64,000 bases of DNA from Lama guanicoe (taxonomy: Eukaryota). Position numbers and translations under genes: made by a program. The stretch spans positions 2,048,001-2,112,000 of the forward strand of contig MU053652.1 of NCBI GenBank assembly GCA_013239625.1, written 5' to 3'. The notes below the pieces were generated by a model. The model was not told where the DNA came from and did not search any database. It saw only the letters and a program-made list of their open reading frames with translations. Shown here in pieces: positions 62,660 through 64,000 of the stretch (the first letter of the stretch is position 1; every line of letters starts with the position of its first letter).

Positions 62660-62900
62660 TTCTGACCATTTACTGTGTGATCACTGGGTGGGGGGCACTG
62701 TATTAGGTACCACTCATATTACAACTTTCATTCTTTTACAATGAAAACACTGCAAAAAGAGTATTCTCACCCCATTTTTACAGATGAGGAAACAGATACA
62801 TGGGGAGGTTATAACCTGCCAAGAGCACACAGCAAGCAGCTGACAGGGCTGACACGAGAACCCAAGTCTAATCCAAAGTCCTTGCTTTAATTGCCATTAT
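62660..62900 (-). mobile_element. MIR SINE
   Basis: cccatttttacagatgaggaaacaga ... aacctgccaagagcacacagc. Confidence 0.85.
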
Positions 62901-64000
62901 AGCATCTCGCGATTTCTCACTGAAGAGCAGGACAGGAATAACTTCAGTTTAAAAGAAAAAAACTCATAGTAATTATCATCTCCTCCCCTTACTGAAATCA
63001 CCACAGAGCCAGTTTTCTCTAAAGTGACATCTCAATCCAGCCTTGACAGGAGAGAGATCTGCATATGAATGGCAGGCCTGGCTGGAGATAACCAGTTGAA
63101 ATGCTAATGCTGCCTGCTACTCCCAGGGAGGTGGGCTGAGAGGTGAGGGAGGAGGGAAGTTAGGGAACGCCACTGTGGTCCAGGTGACTGTGGTCCACAC
63201 GCTGTGTCCAGGACCAAGGTGAGCAAAGTGAAAAACAAGAACTGGAATCTCTGAGAGGAAAGGATGCTCCACAGTTTCCTCCTCCAGTGAGCTCCCCATC
63301 ACGGTATCTCCCCAAATGCATGGTACTTGCTACCCACAGAATAGTTTCTCTATTGCCTGCAGTCCCAGCCTGGATCTTGGTCATGATCTTTCCAACAAAG
63401 CATTCCACCTCTTCTAACTGGTCTTGTCACAGCATGATGGCCACCTAGATCATTCTCTGAATAAGCTACTATTCAAAACTGTCAAAGAGCAAAGCATTGA
63501 CTAAACAGGATGAAGGAGAGGAAGCCTCAGTGGCAGGACGGTGGAGAAACCCTGAGGAGTGCCATGAAGGCAGTTCCTGGCTCGAGATCCCAGGGACCAA
63601 GGCAGAGAAGAGACAGATTATTAAATTCAAATATTGCTCACTTTTCCCTAATACACATTTCCATGAAAAAAAAAAACTCATCATCTTTTAAGTAGACACA
63701 TGTTTTTGATTCCTTTTCTTATTGAACTTAAGCCACACGACTTCAGATTGTTTTTTATTTTCCATCATTTTCTGTATTTCTGAAAATTTTTGCAATAAGC
63801 ATATATTGCATTTATAATGGGGGGGCTCAATTTTCATTTGTTTTTCAAGGACAGTATGGAAATATGATGCTCAAGAAGGGAATGAAATGGTTGAACGTGT
63901 GCAGCAAGCAAGAAGTCGGCTCTGGCAGAAATGCCTCACCCAGGCTGGAGTCCCTCTAGCTGGTGAGTCTGATGAAAGCAGATGCTGTGGTAGCAGTTTG

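Noticed and set aside
1..64000. Assignment of the window to a named host gene, or presence of known miRNA or snoRNA genes
   Set aside because: I recognised no exon or mature RNA sequence. A genome alignment and an Rfam search would be needed.

Overview
Repeat-rich, apparently non-coding (intronic or intergenic) mammalian DNA, very probably from a camelid (alpaca, llama or camel). The evidence is four copies of a short tRNA-Ala-like SINE matching the camelid Vic-1 family. I recognise no protein-coding exon, RNA gene or CpG island. The ORFs in the supplied track are chance ORFs, L1 ORF2 remnants, or artefacts of a 999-nt N gap (27749-28747) that is flanked by duplicated sequence. Most annotatable content is transposon-derived: ancient and younger L1, L2, MIR, CR1/L3, MER77-like and MLT1 LTRs, and hAT-Charlie MITEs. 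Repeat family names come from my recall of consensus sequences, and repeat boundaries are approximate. The most interesting signals are: (i) a ~220-bp locally templated copy pasted into an ancient L1, with a 15-codon micro-ORF intact in both copies; (ii) a tandem duplication giving two perfect CRE sites; (iii) one target site apparently used by two successive retroposon insertions; (iv) an abutting inverted pair of L1 ORF2 segments; (v) a motif-dense element near 39.3-39.9 kb; and (vi) a speculative chain of minus-strand exon candidates. I cannot support a claim of a new biological system from the sequence alone.
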